DNA from: Gammaproteobacteria bacterium
Lineage (GTDB): Bacteria; Pseudomonadota; Gammaproteobacteria; JBCCGL01
Assembly (NCBI GenBank): GCA_965277715.1
Contig: OZ255836.1
Span: 864,001 to 928,000 of the forward strand
Reading direction: 5' to 3'
DNA length: 64,000 nucleotides
Position 1 is the stretch's first letter. Each line of letters starts with the position of its first letter. The position numbers were made by a program, and so were the translations under genes. Positions 32,574-44,117 of this stretch are shown in pieces. The notes beneath the pieces are model-generated. The model was not told the DNA's origin. It searched no databases and saw only the letters and a list, made by a program, of their open reading frames with translations.

Positions 32574-35156
32574 ATGACTGAGTTTGCCAAAGAAATACTC
32601 CCTGTAAGTATCGAGGATGAGATGCGCCAATCGTATCTCGATTACGCGATGAGCGTGATTGTGGGCCGTGCTCTGCCGGATGTGCGCGATGGCTTGAAGC
32701 CTGTTCACCGCCGCTCGCTGTACGCAATGCACGAGCAGAATAACGACTGGAACAAACCCTACAAAAAATCCGCACGTATTGTCGGTGATGTAATGGGTAA
32801 ATACCACCCGCACGGTGACTCGGCGATATACGACACCATCGTGCGTATGGCACAGCCGTTTTCATTGCGCTATATGTTGGTCGACGGGCAGGGTAACTTT
32901 GGCTCGGTCGATGGCGATAATCCGGCGGCGATGCGCTATACCGAAATTCGCATGGCCAGGATTGCCCACGAGCTGATGGCCGATATTGACAAGGAGACGG
33001 TCGATTTCTCACCCAACTACGATGAATCTGAGTACGAACCACGCGTACTGCCGACGCGCATCCCCAATCTACTGATCAATGGCTCGACGGGCATCGCGGT
33101 CGGTATGGCCACCAATATCCCACCGCACAACCTCAGTGAGGTGGTGCGTGCAACACTGGCGTTGCTGGATAACCCGGCGCTGGAAGTGGCCGATTTAATC
33201 GAGCACCTGCCTGGCCCGGACTTTCCCACCGCCGGTATTATCAATGGCGCACGCGGTATCCGCGAAGCCTACCGCACCGGGCGTGGCCGTATTTATGTGC
33301 GTGCCAGGGCGCAGGTTGAAACCGACAGGAAAACCGGCAGGGAAAAGATTATCGTTACCGAGCTGCCCTACCAGGTGAATAAAGCCCGTTTGCTGGAGAA
33401 AATAGCGGCGTTGGTAAAAGAAAAACGCATTGAAGGCATTAGTGAAATGCGTGACGAATCAGACAAGGACGGCGTGCGCATGGTGATCGAATTGCGCCGT
33501 GGTGAGATGGGCGAAATTATGCTCAATAACCTCTATCAACAGACGCAACTGCAAACCGTTTTTGGTATCAATATGGTGGCCTTGATCGACGGCCAACCTA
33601 AGCTGTTGAACTTGAAACAGGTACTCAGTGCCTTTATCCGCCACCGCCGTGAGGTGGTGACACGCCGCACGCTGTTTGAATTGCGCAAGGCCCGCGAACG
33701 CGCCCATGTGTTGGAAGGGCTTGCGGTTGCCCTGGCCAATATCGACCCGATTATCGAATTGATTAAAACCTCTTCCAACCCGGCTGAGGCCAAGCAGGCG
33801 CTGATAGCGCGCCCCTGGGAGATGGGCATGGTCACGCCGATGTTGGAGCGTGCCGGTGCCACCGCCTCCCGCCCCGAGGAGCTAGGGGATGAGTACGGCG
33901 CGCAGGATAACGGTTATCACCTGTCACCCGCTCAGGCCCAGGCCATTCTGGAGTTGCGGCTGCACCGTTTAACCGGCCTTGAGCAGGACAAAATTGTCAG
34001 CGAGTTTTCCGACATTCTGCAACGCATTGCCGAGTTATTGGAGATTCTCGAAAACCCAGTGCGCCTGACTGAGGTTATCCGCAGTGAGCTGGAGGCCATC
34101 GTTGAGCAGTATGGCGATCAACGTCGCACTGAAATTATGGCACAGCACTCCGATTTGACCGTTGAAGACCTAATCAGCGATGAAGATGTTGTGGTCACCC
34201 TGTCGCACGCGGGTTATGCCAAGGCACAACCCCTGTCAGATTACGCAACGCAGCGACGCGGTGGGCGCGGCAAGTCCGCCACCAATATGAAGGAAGAGGA
34301 TTTTATCGATAAGCTGTTTGTCGCCAGCACCCATGACACGGTGCTGTTTTTTACCAGCGTTGGCAAAGTGTACTGGAAAAAAGTCTACGATCTGCCACTG
34401 GCCAGCCGTGGTGCGCGGGGTAAACCCATTATTAATTTATTGCCCCTGGAAGTGGGTGAGCGCGTTAACGCGGTTCTCACTGTGCGTGACTTTCCAGAGG
34501 ATCAATTTGTATTTTTTGCCACCAGCAAGGGCGTGGTAAAGAAAACGCCGTTGTCAGATTTTTCACGCCCGCGCAGCAACGGCATTATCGCGCTCGACCT
34601 GCGCATCGATGACTACCTGGTCGATGTCGCTCTGACTGATGGTAACCGCGATATTATGCTGCTCTCCAGCGGTGGGCGGGCGATGCGTTTCAACGAAAAT
34701 GAAGTGCGTAAAATGGGCCGTACAGCGGCCGGTGTACGCGGTATTCGTATGCCGGAATCGCAATCCTTGATTGAGTTGATCGTGGTGGAAGAGGGTGCCC
34801 AGGATGTCGAGGTGTTGACCGCGACCAGTAATGGCTACGGCAAGCGCACAGCCATTGGCGATTACCCGTGTAAGGAACGTCGCGGTGGGCAGGGGGTTAT
34901 CGACATAAAAGTGAGCGATAGAAATGGCTCGGTGGTCGGTGCAACGCTGGTGAGCGATGGCGATGAGGTGATGTTGATTTCCAATACAGGCACCCTGATT
35001 CGCACAGCGGTCAAAGATATATCGCGGGTTGGCCGCAACACCCAGGGCGTGCGTTTGATTCGTCTGGGTGAGGATGAAAAACTGGTTGAAGTCGTCGCGG
35101 TGGCGGCCCTGATAAATGATACGGGTGACGATAATGTTGTTGTCGACGCACAATAA
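32574..35156 (+). CDS. gyrA: DNA gyrase subunit A
   Basis: [26 protein letters not shown] (QRDR), AAMRYTE (catalytic Tyr), GyrA-box QRRGGRG. Confidence 0.99.
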   Translation: MTEFAKEILPVSIEDEMRQSYLDYAMSVIVGRALPDVRDGLKPVHRRSLYAMHEQNNDWNKPYKKSARIVGDVMGKYHPHGDSAIYDTIVRMAQPFSLRYMLVDGQGNFGSVDGDNPAAMRYTEIRMARIAHELMADIDKETVDFSPNYDESEYEPRVLPTRIPNLLINGSTGIAVGMATNIPPHNLSEVVRATLALLDNPALEVADLIEHLPGPDFPTAGIINGARGIREAYRTGRGRIYVRARAQVETDRKTGREKIIVTELPYQVNKARLLEKIAALVKEKRIEGISEMRDESDKDGVRMVIELRRGEMGEIMLNNLYQQTQLQTVFGINMVALIDGQPKLLNLKQVLSAFIRHRREVVTRRTLFELRKARERAHVLEGLAVALANIDPIIELIKTSSNPAEAKQALIARPWEMGMVTPMLERAGATASRPEELGDEYGAQDNGYHLSPAQAQAILELRLHRLTGLEQDKIVSEFSDILQRIAELLEILENPVRLTEVIRSELEAIVEQYGDQRRTEIMAQHSDLTVEDLISDEDVVVTLSHAGYAKAQPLSDYATQRRGGRGKSATNMKEEDFIDKLFVASTHDTVLFFTSVGKVYWKKVYDLPLASRGARGKPIINLLPLEVGERVNAVLTVRDFPEDQFVFFATSKGVVKKTPLSDFSRPRSNGIIALDLRIDDYLVDVALTDGNRDIMLLSSGGRAMRFNENEVRKMGRTAAGVRGIRMPESQSLIELIVVEEGAQDVEVLTATSNGYGKRTAIGDYPCKERRGGQGVIDIKVSDRNGSVVGATLVSDGDEVMLISNTGTLIRTAVKDISRVGRNTQGVRLIRLGEDEKLVEVVAVAALINDTGDDNVVVDAQ

Positions 35157-35203
35157 AAACGGGCACTGGCTAGTGCCACAATCACGTTAACACCACAGTA
35201 ACA

Positions 35204-36316
35204 ATGAACGACGAACAGGCGCTAGCGCGTATTCGCCAGCAAATCGATAGCATTGATGGCGATATACTGAAACTGATTAACGAACGGGCGCGCTGTGCGC
35301 AGTCGGTGGCTGAGATCAAGCTGCGCACTATCGACACGGCCAGCCCTGCCGATTCCCCCCCCAGCGTTATGTTTTACCGCCCTGAACGCGAGGCGCAGGT
35401 ATTGCGCGAAGTGATGCGACGCAATACCGGTCCATTGGATGATGCCACTGTGGCGGTATTGTTTCGTGAAATTATGTCTGCCTGTCTGGCACTTGAACAG
35501 CCGTTGCAGGTAGCTTATTTAGGCCCTGAGGGCACGTTTACCCAATCGGCGGTGTTAAAACATTTTGGCCATGCGGCACAGATGGTGCCATTGGGTGCAA
35601 TCAACGAGGTTTTTCGTGCTGTCGAGACAGGCGCGGCACGCTTTGGGGTAGTGCCGGTGGAAAACTCTACCGAGGGCGTTATCAACCACACACTGGATCT
35701 GTTTATACAATCGCCATTACAGATTTGTGGTGAGGTGGTCTTGCGCATCCATCACAACCTGGTCGGCTCAGTGAGTGATATTGCGGCGGTAAAGAAAGTC
35801 TTGTCGCACCAACAATCACTGGCACAGTGCCGTAACTGGCTGGACAAATACCTGCCAAATGCCGAGCGCGAGGCCGTCAGCAGCAATGCCGAGGCGGCGC
35901 GGCGAGTGAATGGCTGCGATGATCAGGTGGCTATTGCACCGGCAGCGGCTGCAGAAATCTATCAGCTCAATACACTGGCGGCCAAAATAGAGGATGAGCC
36001 TGACAATACCACGCGTTTTTTGGTTGTTGGTGAACACGCCGTGCCGCCATGTGGTAACGATAAAACCAGCTTGCTGGTATCTACTCACAGCACACCGGGT
36101 GCCCTGTTTAACCTGCTTCAGCCACTGGCGGAGAAGGGCATTAATATGACCCGGATCGAATCCCGGCCATCCAGAAACGGGGTGTGGGAATATGTATTTT
36201 TTATCGACATAGATGGCCACAAAGACAGCGATGCAGTGCGCCCGGCACTGGAACAGCTACGCGGTGAGGCCGCTTTGTTTCGTATTCTGGGTGCTTACCC
36301 AAAGGCTGTGTATTAA
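35204..36316 (+). CDS. pheA: Chorismate mutase / prephenate dehydratase (P-protein)
   Basis: N-terminal CM (RQQIDSIDGDIL...YRPERE), YLGPEGTF, VPVENSTEG, NTTRF, IESRP. Confidence 0.97.
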   Translation: MNDEQALARIRQQIDSIDGDILKLINERARCAQSVAEIKLRTIDTASPADSPPSVMFYRPEREAQVLREVMRRNTGPLDDATVAVLFREIMSACLALEQPLQVAYLGPEGTFTQSAVLKHFGHAAQMVPLGAINEVFRAVETGAARFGVVPVENSTEGVINHTLDLFIQSPLQICGEVVLRIHHNLVGSVSDIAAVKKVLSHQQSLAQCRNWLDKYLPNAEREAVSSNAEAARRVNGCDDQVAIAPAAAAEIYQLNTLAAKIEDEPDNTTRFLVVGEHAVPPCGNDKTSLLVSTHSTPGALFNLLQPLAEKGINMTRIESRPSRNGVWEYVFFIDIDGHKDSDAVRPALEQLRGEAALFRILGAYPKAVY

Positions 36317-36399
36317 CGGGGAACGTTCTCCACACCCCGTGCGTGGCTACTTGTGCCGTACATAGACACATTAGTAATTCACAATAGGTTTTAAGAGAA

Positions 36400-37512
36400 A
36401 TGACAAATTTGAGTGAACTGGTTACGCCCGGTGTCGCCTTATTGCAACCCTACCAACCGGGTAAACCAGTGGAAGAGCTGGAGCGTGAATACGGCATTGT
36501 CAATGCGCTAAAACTGGCCTCCAATGAAAATCCACTGGGGGCCAGCCCCAAGGCCTTGCAGGCGATGCGGGGCGTGATCGATGCGGTGAACTATTACCCC
36601 GATGCCTACCAGCTAACCGAAAAGCTCGCCAAGTGCATGGGCTGCGATGCATCGTGTATTACCTTGGGTAATGGTTCCAATGATGTGCTCGATATGATTG
36701 CGCGTGCCTTCCTCACACCGCAAAACAATGCGGTTTTTTCTGAACACGCTTTCGCCGTTTACCCGATTGCCACCCGTGCTGTCAGTGCACAGCCCAAGCT
36801 GGTCGCCGCATTACCTGCCGATCACGCGACAGCGCCCTACGGCCACGATTTGGCGGCGATGCGCGCCAGCATCGATACACAAACCCGCATTGTCTTTATT
36901 GCCAACCCGAACAACCCAACGGGCACCTGGCTGGATATGGACGCGGTGAAAGCCTTTGTCGGTGACCTGCCCGATCATGTGATTGCCGTGCTCGATCTGG
37001 CCTATATCGAATATATCGACGGTCTGGCGTTTAATGCCTGTATCGATTGGTTGCAGGACTGCCCAAACCTGGTGATCACCCGCACCTTCTCGAAAATCTT
37101 TGGCCTGGCCGGGGCGCGTATTGGTTATTCGATCTCCAGCCCGGACATTGCCGACTACCTGAACCGGGTACGGCACCCGTTTAATGCCAATGTGCTGGCG
37201 GTTGCCGCCGCACAGGCCGCGCTCGATGATGTCGATTTTCTTAATCAGAGCCGCCGTGAAAACGCAGCGGGTATGCTGGCCTGGGAGCAGGCGTGCAGTG
37301 ATACAGGGATTGGTTTTATTCCCTCTAAAGGCAATTTTATCACCATAGACCTCGGTCAATCGGCGCAGCCGTGTTACGAATCACTGCTGCGACAGGGCGT
37401 GATTGTACGGGCGCTGGCCAATTATGGCCTGCCCAATCATCTGCGCGTAACGATTGGCCGTGAGCAGGACAATGACCGGGCGATTGCGGCGCTGAAGCAG
37501 GCGCTCGCTTAA
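36400..37512 (+). CDS. hisC: Histidinol-phosphate / aromatic aminotransferase
   Basis: PYQPGKP, KLASNENPLG, GNGSND, NPNNPTG, RTFSKIFGLAG. Confidence 0.93.
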   Translation: MTNLSELVTPGVALLQPYQPGKPVEELEREYGIVNALKLASNENPLGASPKALQAMRGVIDAVNYYPDAYQLTEKLAKCMGCDASCITLGNGSNDVLDMIARAFLTPQNNAVFSEHAFAVYPIATRAVSAQPKLVAALPADHATAPYGHDLAAMRASIDTQTRIVFIANPNNPTGTWLDMDAVKAFVGDLPDHVIAVLDLAYIEYIDGLAFNACIDWLQDCPNLVITRTFSKIFGLAGARIGYSISSPDIADYLNRVRHPFNANVLAVAAAQAALDDVDFLNQSRRENAAGMLAWEQACSDTGIGFIPSKGNFITIDLGQSAQPCYESLLRQGVIVRALANYGLPNHLRVTIGREQDNDRAIAALKQALA

Positions 37513-38375
37513 TGTCTTCAACGCCTTCGCAGTTGTTGATTATTGGTGTTGGACTGATTGGTGGCTCGTTTGGGCTGGCGTTAAAGGCGGCGAATGCCAA
37601 TGTGGAAATTACCGGCACCGATCGGCGTGTCGATGCGTTGCAAAAAGCGGTTCAGCTCGGTGCAATTGATCGCTATGAAACGGACTTTGCCAAAGCGGCA
37701 GCGTGTGCCGATACGGTGATGTTAGCGGTGCCGATGACAGCGATGCGCACGGTATTGCAGGTTATTCGCCCCGCGCTCAAGGCAACGGCGGTGATTACCG
37801 ATGCCGGTAGCGTTAAGGGTAGCTTTGTCGATGATGCCCGCGAAGTGTTCGGCTGCCTGGATAATATCGTGCCCGGCCACCCGATTGCAGGCACTGAAAA
37901 CAGTGGGGTCGAATCGGCTTTTGCCACCCTATTTGAAAACCGCCGTGTGATTCTGACACCCACCGCAGAGACGTGCACCCACGCCGTTGAGCAGATTAAA
38001 ACACTATGGCAGTTATGCCGGGCCAGCGTTGAATTAATGGGGGTCGATAACCACGATGATGTGCTCGCCGCGACCAGCCATCTGCCGCATGTATTGGCGT
38101 ATTCACTGGTCGATACCCTGCTCGGTTTACCCCAGCACGAAGCTATTTTTCGCTATGCTGCAGGTGGTTTTCGCGATTTTTCCCGTATTGCATCGAGCGA
38201 CCCGACAATGTGGCGGGATATTTGCCTAAGCAACCGCGATAGCCTGTTGTCGGTGGTCGACTGTTTACAGACTAATCTCAGTGGCCTGCGCGAACTTATC
38301 GCCGATGGCGATGGCGAGGCGCTACACACCATTTTTTCACGCACCAAAAATGCGCGAGACAGGCATTACGAATAG
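37512..38375 (+). CDS. tyrA: Prephenate/arogenate (cyclohexadienyl) dehydrogenase
   Basis: GVGLIGGS, DAGSVK, GHPIAGTE, SHLPH, GGFRDFSRIASSDP. Confidence 0.93.
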   Translation: MSSTPSQLLIIGVGLIGGSFGLALKAANANVEITGTDRRVDALQKAVQLGAIDRYETDFAKAAACADTVMLAVPMTAMRTVLQVIRPALKATAVITDAGSVKGSFVDDAREVFGCLDNIVPGHPIAGTENSGVESAFATLFENRRVILTPTAETCTHAVEQIKTLWQLCRASVELMGVDNHDDVLAATSHLPHVLAYSLVDTLLGLPQHEAIFRYAAGGFRDFSRIASSDPTMWRDICLSNRDSLLSVVDCLQTNLSGLRELIADGDGEALHTIFSRTKNARDRHYE

Positions 38376-38438
38376 TGCCACGCCCTCTGCAATGGGTACG
38401 ATAAACAACTTTCCACTGTGACTTTATAGAGTTATTCA

Positions 38439-39797
38439 ATGTCAGCATCCACTCAATTTGTTATTACACCGGCCAAACTGTCGTCGACAAAAGGGGCATT
38501 ACAGGGAGAACTCCGTGTGCCTGGCGATAAGTCCATTTCGCACCGTTCGATCATGCTGGCATCTATCGCGCAGGGTGTCTCACACATCAGCGGTTTTTTA
38601 CAGGGCGAGGATAGCCTGAATACGCTGCGGGCGTTTCGTGCAATGGGCGTGAATATTCAGATGCCCTCGCAAGGCGAAGTGATTGTCCAGGGCGTGGGTA
38701 TGCACGGTTTACACCCCCCGGCAGCGCCGCTTTATCTGGGCAACTCGGGTACATCAATGCGCCTGTTGAGCGGTTTAATGGCGGGCCAGTCGTTTGCGGT
38801 TGAGTTGACGGGGGACGCATCCCTGTCGTCCCGGCCTATGCGGCGGGTTACCGATCCACTTGCGCAAATGGGTGCGTGTGTGGAAACCGACGAACAGGGG
38901 CGGCCACCGCTGAAAATATTACCCGGCAAAGTGGGGGATGGACACCCACTAAGCGCGATCGATTACACCCTGCCAATGGCGAGTGCACAGGTTAAATCGT
39001 GTGTGTTGCTGGCGGGTATGTACGCACAGGGCGTTACCCAGGTGCGCGAGCCGGGAGTCACCCGTGACCATACCGAGCGTATGCTGCAGGGGTTTGGCTA
39101 TCCACTGTCCATCCATCGAGGCCATGTCAGTCTCGAAGGTGGGCACGCTTTACAGTGCACTGATATCGATGTACCCGCCGATGTTTCCTCGGCTGCCTTC
39201 TTTATGGTGGCGGCTTCGCTGGTGCCTGGCTCTGATGTGTTGCTCAGGCAGGTCGGTGTCAACCCCACACGCACTGGCGCAATTGATATTTTGCGTTTAA
39301 TGGGGGCCGATATTGTGCTCGAAAACCCGCGCCAGTCTGGCGGCGAGCCGATTGCCGATATTCGCGTGCGCCACGCTAAACTCAAAGGCATTACCATTCC
39401 CGCCGACCTGGTGCCGCTGGCTATCGACGAATTCCCGGTATTGTTTGTAGCGGCGGCGAACGCCGAAGGTGAAACAGTGCTGACCGGGGCGCAAGAATTG
39501 CGCGTTAAGGAGAGCGACCGCATTCAGGCGATGAGTGATGGATTGCAGCAGCTGGGTGCACAGATACAACCTTTGCCGGATGGCGCCATTATTCAGGGGG
39601 GAAAGCGACTCAGTGGCGGTACGGTAGAGAGCTTTGATGACCACCGCATCTCAATGGCATTTGCCGTGGCGGGGTTACTCGCCGATGGTGAGGTCACTGT
39701 GCGCGGTTGCGATAACGTCAGCACCTCCTTTCCCGGCTTTGTTGCGCTCGCCGCAACCATCGGCATGACGATTACCGAAATAAATGAGGTGTACTGA
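38439..39797 (+). CDS. aroA: EPSP synthase
   Basis: PGDKSISHR, LGNSGT, ASAQVKS, RDHTERML, RVKESDRI, DHRISM. Confidence 0.98.
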   Translation: MSASTQFVITPAKLSSTKGALQGELRVPGDKSISHRSIMLASIAQGVSHISGFLQGEDSLNTLRAFRAMGVNIQMPSQGEVIVQGVGMHGLHPPAAPLYLGNSGTSMRLLSGLMAGQSFAVELTGDASLSSRPMRRVTDPLAQMGACVETDEQGRPPLKILPGKVGDGHPLSAIDYTLPMASAQVKSCVLLAGMYAQGVTQVREPGVTRDHTERMLQGFGYPLSIHRGHVSLEGGHALQCTDIDVPADVSSAAFFMVAASLVPGSDVLLRQVGVNPTRTGAIDILRLMGADIVLENPRQSGGEPIADIRVRHAKLKGITIPADLVPLAIDEFPVLFVAAANAEGETVLTGAQELRVKESDRIQAMSDGLQQLGAQIQPLPDGAIIQGGKRLSGGTVESFDDHRISMAFAVAGLLADGEVTVRGCDNVSTSFPGFVALAATIGMTITEINEVY

Positions 39798-39800
39798 ACG

Positions 39801-40478
39801 GTGAACGCGCAGGTGCCGGTTATTACTATCGATGGCCCGAGTGGCTCTGGCAAAGGCACCGTTGCGCGCCTGCTCGCGGAACGCTATGGCTTTCACTTGT
39901 TAGACAGCGGTGCGCTGTATCGAATCACGGCGTTGGACGCTGAGCGCCGTGGCGTTGACCTGGACGATGAACAGGCGATTATCGATGTATCACTGTCGAT
40001 GCAGGTGACATTTGCACTGAATCAGGCTGAAGGTGTCTCGGTATTGCTGAATCAGGAGGATGTCACCACCCAGATACGGGCAGAAACCTGTGGTATGAAG
40101 GCATCACGGATTGCCTCAATGCCGGGCCTGCGCGCCGCTTTATTGGATGTGCAACGCCACTTTCGCCAACCCCCTGGGCTGGTCGCCGATGGCCGCGATA
40201 TGGGCACAGCCGTATTTGCCGATGCGCAAATCAAGGTGTTTCTTACAGCGAGTGCAGAACAGCGGGCATTAAGGCGATTTAATCAGTTGAAACAAAAGGG
40301 ATTCAAAACTACAATTGACAGTCTTTTGCGCGAGATATTGGCAAGGGATGAACGCGACCAGAATCGCACCTTGTCACCGTTGCGCGCAGCGGATGATGCA
40401 CATATTCTCGATTCGACGTCAATGACCGTTAATCAAGTCGAAGACAGGATAGTACAAATTATCGATAATCGTTTTTAA
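39801..40478 (+). CDS. cmk: Cytidylate kinase
   Basis: ITIDGPSGSGKGT, DSGALYR, ADGRDMGT. Confidence 0.97.
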   Translation: MNAQVPVITIDGPSGSGKGTVARLLAERYGFHLLDSGALYRITALDAERRGVDLDDEQAIIDVSLSMQVTFALNQAEGVSVLLNQEDVTTQIRAETCGMKASRIASMPGLRAALLDVQRHFRQPPGLVADGRDMGTAVFADAQIKVFLTASAEQRALRRFNQLKQKGFKTTIDSLLREILARDERDQNRTLSPLRAADDAHILDSTSMTVNQVEDRIVQIIDNRF

Positions 40479-40599
40479 ATAGTCTGTGTAGCCCTTATGC
40501 AGATTAACCGTCTGCCCCAGGATGGGGGAGATATTATTAATAACCCAGTGTTGGCAGGACTGCCGTACATTGTGTCACGCTACAGTGGAAACAAAATCA

Positions 40600-42270
40600 A
40601 TGTCTGAATCATTTGCGGAGATGTTCGAAGAGAGCCTCGCACGCACAATTATGCAACCCGGCTCTATCCTGGTCGGTACTGTTGTCGAAATTCGTAACGA
40701 TTACGTTATGGTCAATGCTGGATTGAAATCGGAAGGTGTCATCCCGATTGAACAGTTTTATGCCGAGAGTGGTACGCTGGAAGTGGCTGTCGGCGATACG
40801 GTAGAAGTCGCACTGGATGCTGTGGAGGATGGTTTTGGTGAAACCCGCCTGTCGCGTGAAAAAGCGCGTCGCGTACGCGCCTGGACCATGCTGCAGGAAG
40901 CCAGTGAGGCCGGTGACATTGTCAAAGGTATTATCACGGGCAAAGTCAAAGGCGGTTTTACTGTCGAAATGAGCGATATTCGCGCCTTCCTGCCCGGTTC
41001 GCTGGTGGATGTACGGCCTGTGCGTGATATGTCTTACCTGGAAGGTAAAGAGCTCGAATTCAAAGTGATCAAGCTCGATCAGAAACGCAACAATGTCGTG
41101 GTGTCACGTCGCGCTGTTGTGGAATCTGAATTCAGCGAAGAGCGTGAAAAACTGCTCGAAAACCTACAGGAAGGCCAGGAAGTCGACGGTGTGGTTAAAA
41201 ACCTTACCGATTACGGTGCGTTCCTTGATCTCGGTGGTATCGATGGCCTGCTGCATATCACCGATATGGCCTGGAAGCGGGTCAAGCATCCGTCTGAAGT
41301 CGTTGAAGTTGGCGAAGAAATCAAGGTTAAAGTCCTCAAATTTGATCGCGAGCGCAGCCGTGTTTCTCTGGGCCTTAAACAGCTTGGTGAAGATCCCTGG
41401 GCCGATTTAAAACGTCGCTATCCTGAAAACACCCGTATGTTTGGTAAAGTGACCAATATTGCCGATTACGGTTGTTTTGTTGAAATCGAAGAGGGTGTTG
41501 AGGGTCTGGTGCACGTCTCCGAGATGGACTGGACCAACCGCAATACCAACCCGGCCAAAGTGGTGGCACTGGGCGACGAAGTGGAAGTGATGATTCTGGA
41601 TATTGATGAAGAGCGTCGTCGTATTTCACTGGGCATTAAACAGTGCCAACAAAACCCCTGGGATGAGTTTGCACAAAACTTCAATAAAAATGACAAAGTC
41701 TCTGGCAAGATCAAATCGATCACCGATTTTGGTATTTTTATCGGTCTGGATGGCGGCATCGACGGTTTGATTCACTTCTCTGACTTGAGTTGGAACGACA
41801 CCGCCGGTGAAGAAATTGCCCGCAATTACTCCAAAGGTGATGAACTGGAGGCGGTTGTTTTGGCTGTTGACCCTGAGCGTGAACGCATTTCACTGGGGGT
41901 TAAACAACTGGATCGCGATCCTTTTGGCCAGTATGTCGCGGATAACCCCAAAGGCAGTATTGTTAATGGTGTTGTCACTGAAGTGGAGGCAAAATTTGCC
42001 ACAATAGAACTGACTGAAGATATCGAAGGTGTTTTGCGTGTCAGTGAGTGGTCGCGTGACCGTGTCGAAGACATGCGCAATGAGCTAAAAGTGGGTGAAT
42101 CTATTGAAGCAAAATTTATCGGTATTGATCGAAAGTCCCGAAAAATCCAGCTATCAGTGAAAGCCAAAGACAGCGATGCCGAGGCAGAGGCCATTAGTGA
42201 CTACAGTCAATCGTCAATTGCCCCGGTAACCACACTGGGTGATTTGATGAAAGAACAAATGCAAAAATAA
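40600..42270 (+). CDS. rpsA: 30S ribosomal protein S1
   Basis: [12 protein letters not shown] start and six S1 repeats ([30 protein letters not shown]). Confidence 0.99.
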   Translation: MSESFAEMFEESLARTIMQPGSILVGTVVEIRNDYVMVNAGLKSEGVIPIEQFYAESGTLEVAVGDTVEVALDAVEDGFGETRLSREKARRVRAWTMLQEASEAGDIVKGIITGKVKGGFTVEMSDIRAFLPGSLVDVRPVRDMSYLEGKELEFKVIKLDQKRNNVVVSRRAVVESEFSEEREKLLENLQEGQEVDGVVKNLTDYGAFLDLGGIDGLLHITDMAWKRVKHPSEVVEVGEEIKVKVLKFDRERSRVSLGLKQLGEDPWADLKRRYPENTRMFGKVTNIADYGCFVEIEEGVEGLVHVSEMDWTNRNTNPAKVVALGDEVEVMILDIDEERRRISLGIKQCQQNPWDEFAQNFNKNDKVSGKIKSITDFGIFIGLDGGIDGLIHFSDLSWNDTAGEEIARNYSKGDELEAVVLAVDPERERISLGVKQLDRDPFGQYVADNPKGSIVNGVVTEVEAKFATIELTEDIEGVLRVSEWSRDRVEDMRNELKVGESIEAKFIGIDRKSRKIQLSVKAKDSDAEAEAISDYSQSSIAPVTTLGDLMKEQMQK

Positions 42271-42387
42271 GTCTTTTTAAATAAGTCTTTTTCCAAGAAA
42301 TTTGGCCAGGGACGGCTATATATTAGGTAATGCTATAAAAGTGTGTAGTTCACTGCATTAGAATATTTAACCTGGCTTGTATTACTT

Positions 42388-42687
42388 ATGACTAAATCTG
42401 ACCTTATCGAATTGTTAGCAAAACATCAGAGACATCTCGCACACAAAGACGTGGAGTTGGCAGTAAAAAGCCTTATTGAGCGCATGAGCCAATCACTTGC
42501 AGGTGGTGAGAGGATTGAGGTACGCGGATTTGGTAGCTTCAGCCTCCACTTCAGGCCTGCCAGGATGGGCCGCAACCCAAAATCGGGTTCGGCAGTTGCG
42601 TTGCGTGGCAAATGTGTTCCGCACTTTAAACCGGGAAAAGAACTACGTGATCGGGTTAATCTGGTTAATTCGAAACCCAGTACTTAA
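42388..42687 (+). CDS. ihfB: Integration host factor beta subunit
   Basis: MTKSDLI...[13 protein letters not shown]...GRNPKSG...[12 protein letters not shown]; follows rpsA. Confidence 0.97.
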   Translation: MTKSDLIELLAKHQRHLAHKDVELAVKSLIERMSQSLAGGERIEVRGFGSFSLHFRPARMGRNPKSGSAVALRGKCVPHFKPGKELRDRVNLVNSKPST

Positions 42688-42907
42688 GGTTAACCTTCGC
42701 TCATCCTGCCTATAGCGATACGGGATGTATCACGCTCTTGTTGTATAACACTATTATTGTTTAGTTGAGTTTGGTTGAGGCCTGTAAATACTAAAACTTA
42801 CGTTATAATCCCGCTTTATCCTAAGCGCTCATCTGAGCATAGTATGGTTGCTGAATTAATCCCATTTGACTGCCTGGCCAATGGCCGTGTGCATGGCGCA
42901 CCTCCCT

Positions 42908-44077
42908 GTGCTTGAATTTTTATTATTTCTGCTACCCGTCGCTGCAGCGACGGGTTGGTTAGCGGGCAGGAAAGGCGGTATTTTTGGTATAACACGCACG
43001 ATGTTTCATCGCCAGGCACCGGAATATTTTCGCGGGCTGAATTACCTGTTAAACGAGCAACCAGATAAAGCGATTGAGGTTTTCCTGCGAATGGTTGAAG
43101 TGGACAGCGAAACGGTTGAAACACACCTCGCGTTGGGTAACTTGTTTCGTCGGCGTGGTGAAGTTGATCGCGCTATTCATATTCACCAGAACCTGGTGGC
43201 AAGATCAAATCTCTCTGCCAAACTGCGTGGGGATAGCTTATTGGAATTGGCGCGTGACTACCTTAGCGCGGGCCTTTTGGATCGTTCAGAGGCTCTCTTT
43301 AAAGAACTATTTAGCTTGAATATTCATATTCAGGAAGCGTGTTCCAGCCTGATTACCATCTACGAACGCGAGCGTGAATGGCCTATGGCCATCGATATGG
43401 CTAACCAGTTACACCAGAAAACAGGCGAGAGTCGCAACCAGGTGGTTGCCCATTATTATTGTGAAATGGCGGGTGAGGCACTGGCAAAATCACACATAGA
43501 TGAAGCCTGGGATAATTTGCAGAGCGCCCTGTCATTTGATAGTGAGTGCGCCCGGGCTAACATTATGTGCGGTGACCTCGCCTTGAATAGGAATGATTAC
43601 AAGACCGCGAGCCATTGCTACCGTTGTGCTGAACAGCAAGACCCACTGCTGGTGCCGGTAATGGCCGGTAATATGTTTGATTCACTGTTGAAACAAGGTG
43701 ATAACGCTGCGTTACTCGCTTTTATTACCGAGTTGAAAAATAGGGAAAATGATTATTCTATCGTTCACGCGGCGGCGGCTATTGTCGAAGACCTCGATGG
43801 GCAGGAAGCGGCGGAGCAGTTTATAAAAGATGAGCTGTTAAAACGACCAACGCTTAAAGGCCTGCACAAATGGGCCGAAATCGAATTGAAAAAAAGCAAG
43901 AGCAAAGAGAAAGATAAGATACGCGTTATCGTGGATATGCTCGCCAGGGTGATTGAGGAAAGGCCATTATTCCAATGCAAATTGTGTGGCTTTAAGGGTA
44001 AAGATATGCACTGGCAGTGCCCTGGGTGTAAATCCTGGAATAATGTCAAACCGGTTTCATCCATTGGTGCAGAGTAA
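42908..44077 (+). CDS. lapB: Lipopolysaccharide assembly protein B
   Basis: N-terminal TM (LLFLLPVAAATGW), YFRGLNYLLNEQPDKAI, TPRs, rubredoxin-like CKLCGF...WQCPGCKSW. GTG start chosen by family pattern. Confidence 0.93.
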   Translation: MLEFLLFLLPVAAATGWLAGRKGGIFGITRTMFHRQAPEYFRGLNYLLNEQPDKAIEVFLRMVEVDSETVETHLALGNLFRRRGEVDRAIHIHQNLVARSNLSAKLRGDSLLELARDYLSAGLLDRSEALFKELFSLNIHIQEACSSLITIYEREREWPMAIDMANQLHQKTGESRNQVVAHYYCEMAGEALAKSHIDEAWDNLQSALSFDSECARANIMCGDLALNRNDYKTASHCYRCAEQQDPLLVPVMAGNMFDSLLKQGDNAALLAFITELKNRENDYSIVHAAAAIVEDLDGQEAAEQFIKDELLKRPTLKGLHKWAEIELKKSKSKEKDKIRVIVDMLARVIEERPLFQCKLCGFKGKDMHWQCPGCKSWNNVKPVSSIGAE

Positions 44078-44117
44078 AGTGCTCGTTCAGGGGGTAGCGC
44101 GTTTCACGCGCTCCTGC

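Noticed and set aside
32800-32840. Quinolone-resistance substitution in the GyrA QRDR
   Set aside because: HGDSAIYD keeps the Ser and Asp typical of susceptible enzymes.
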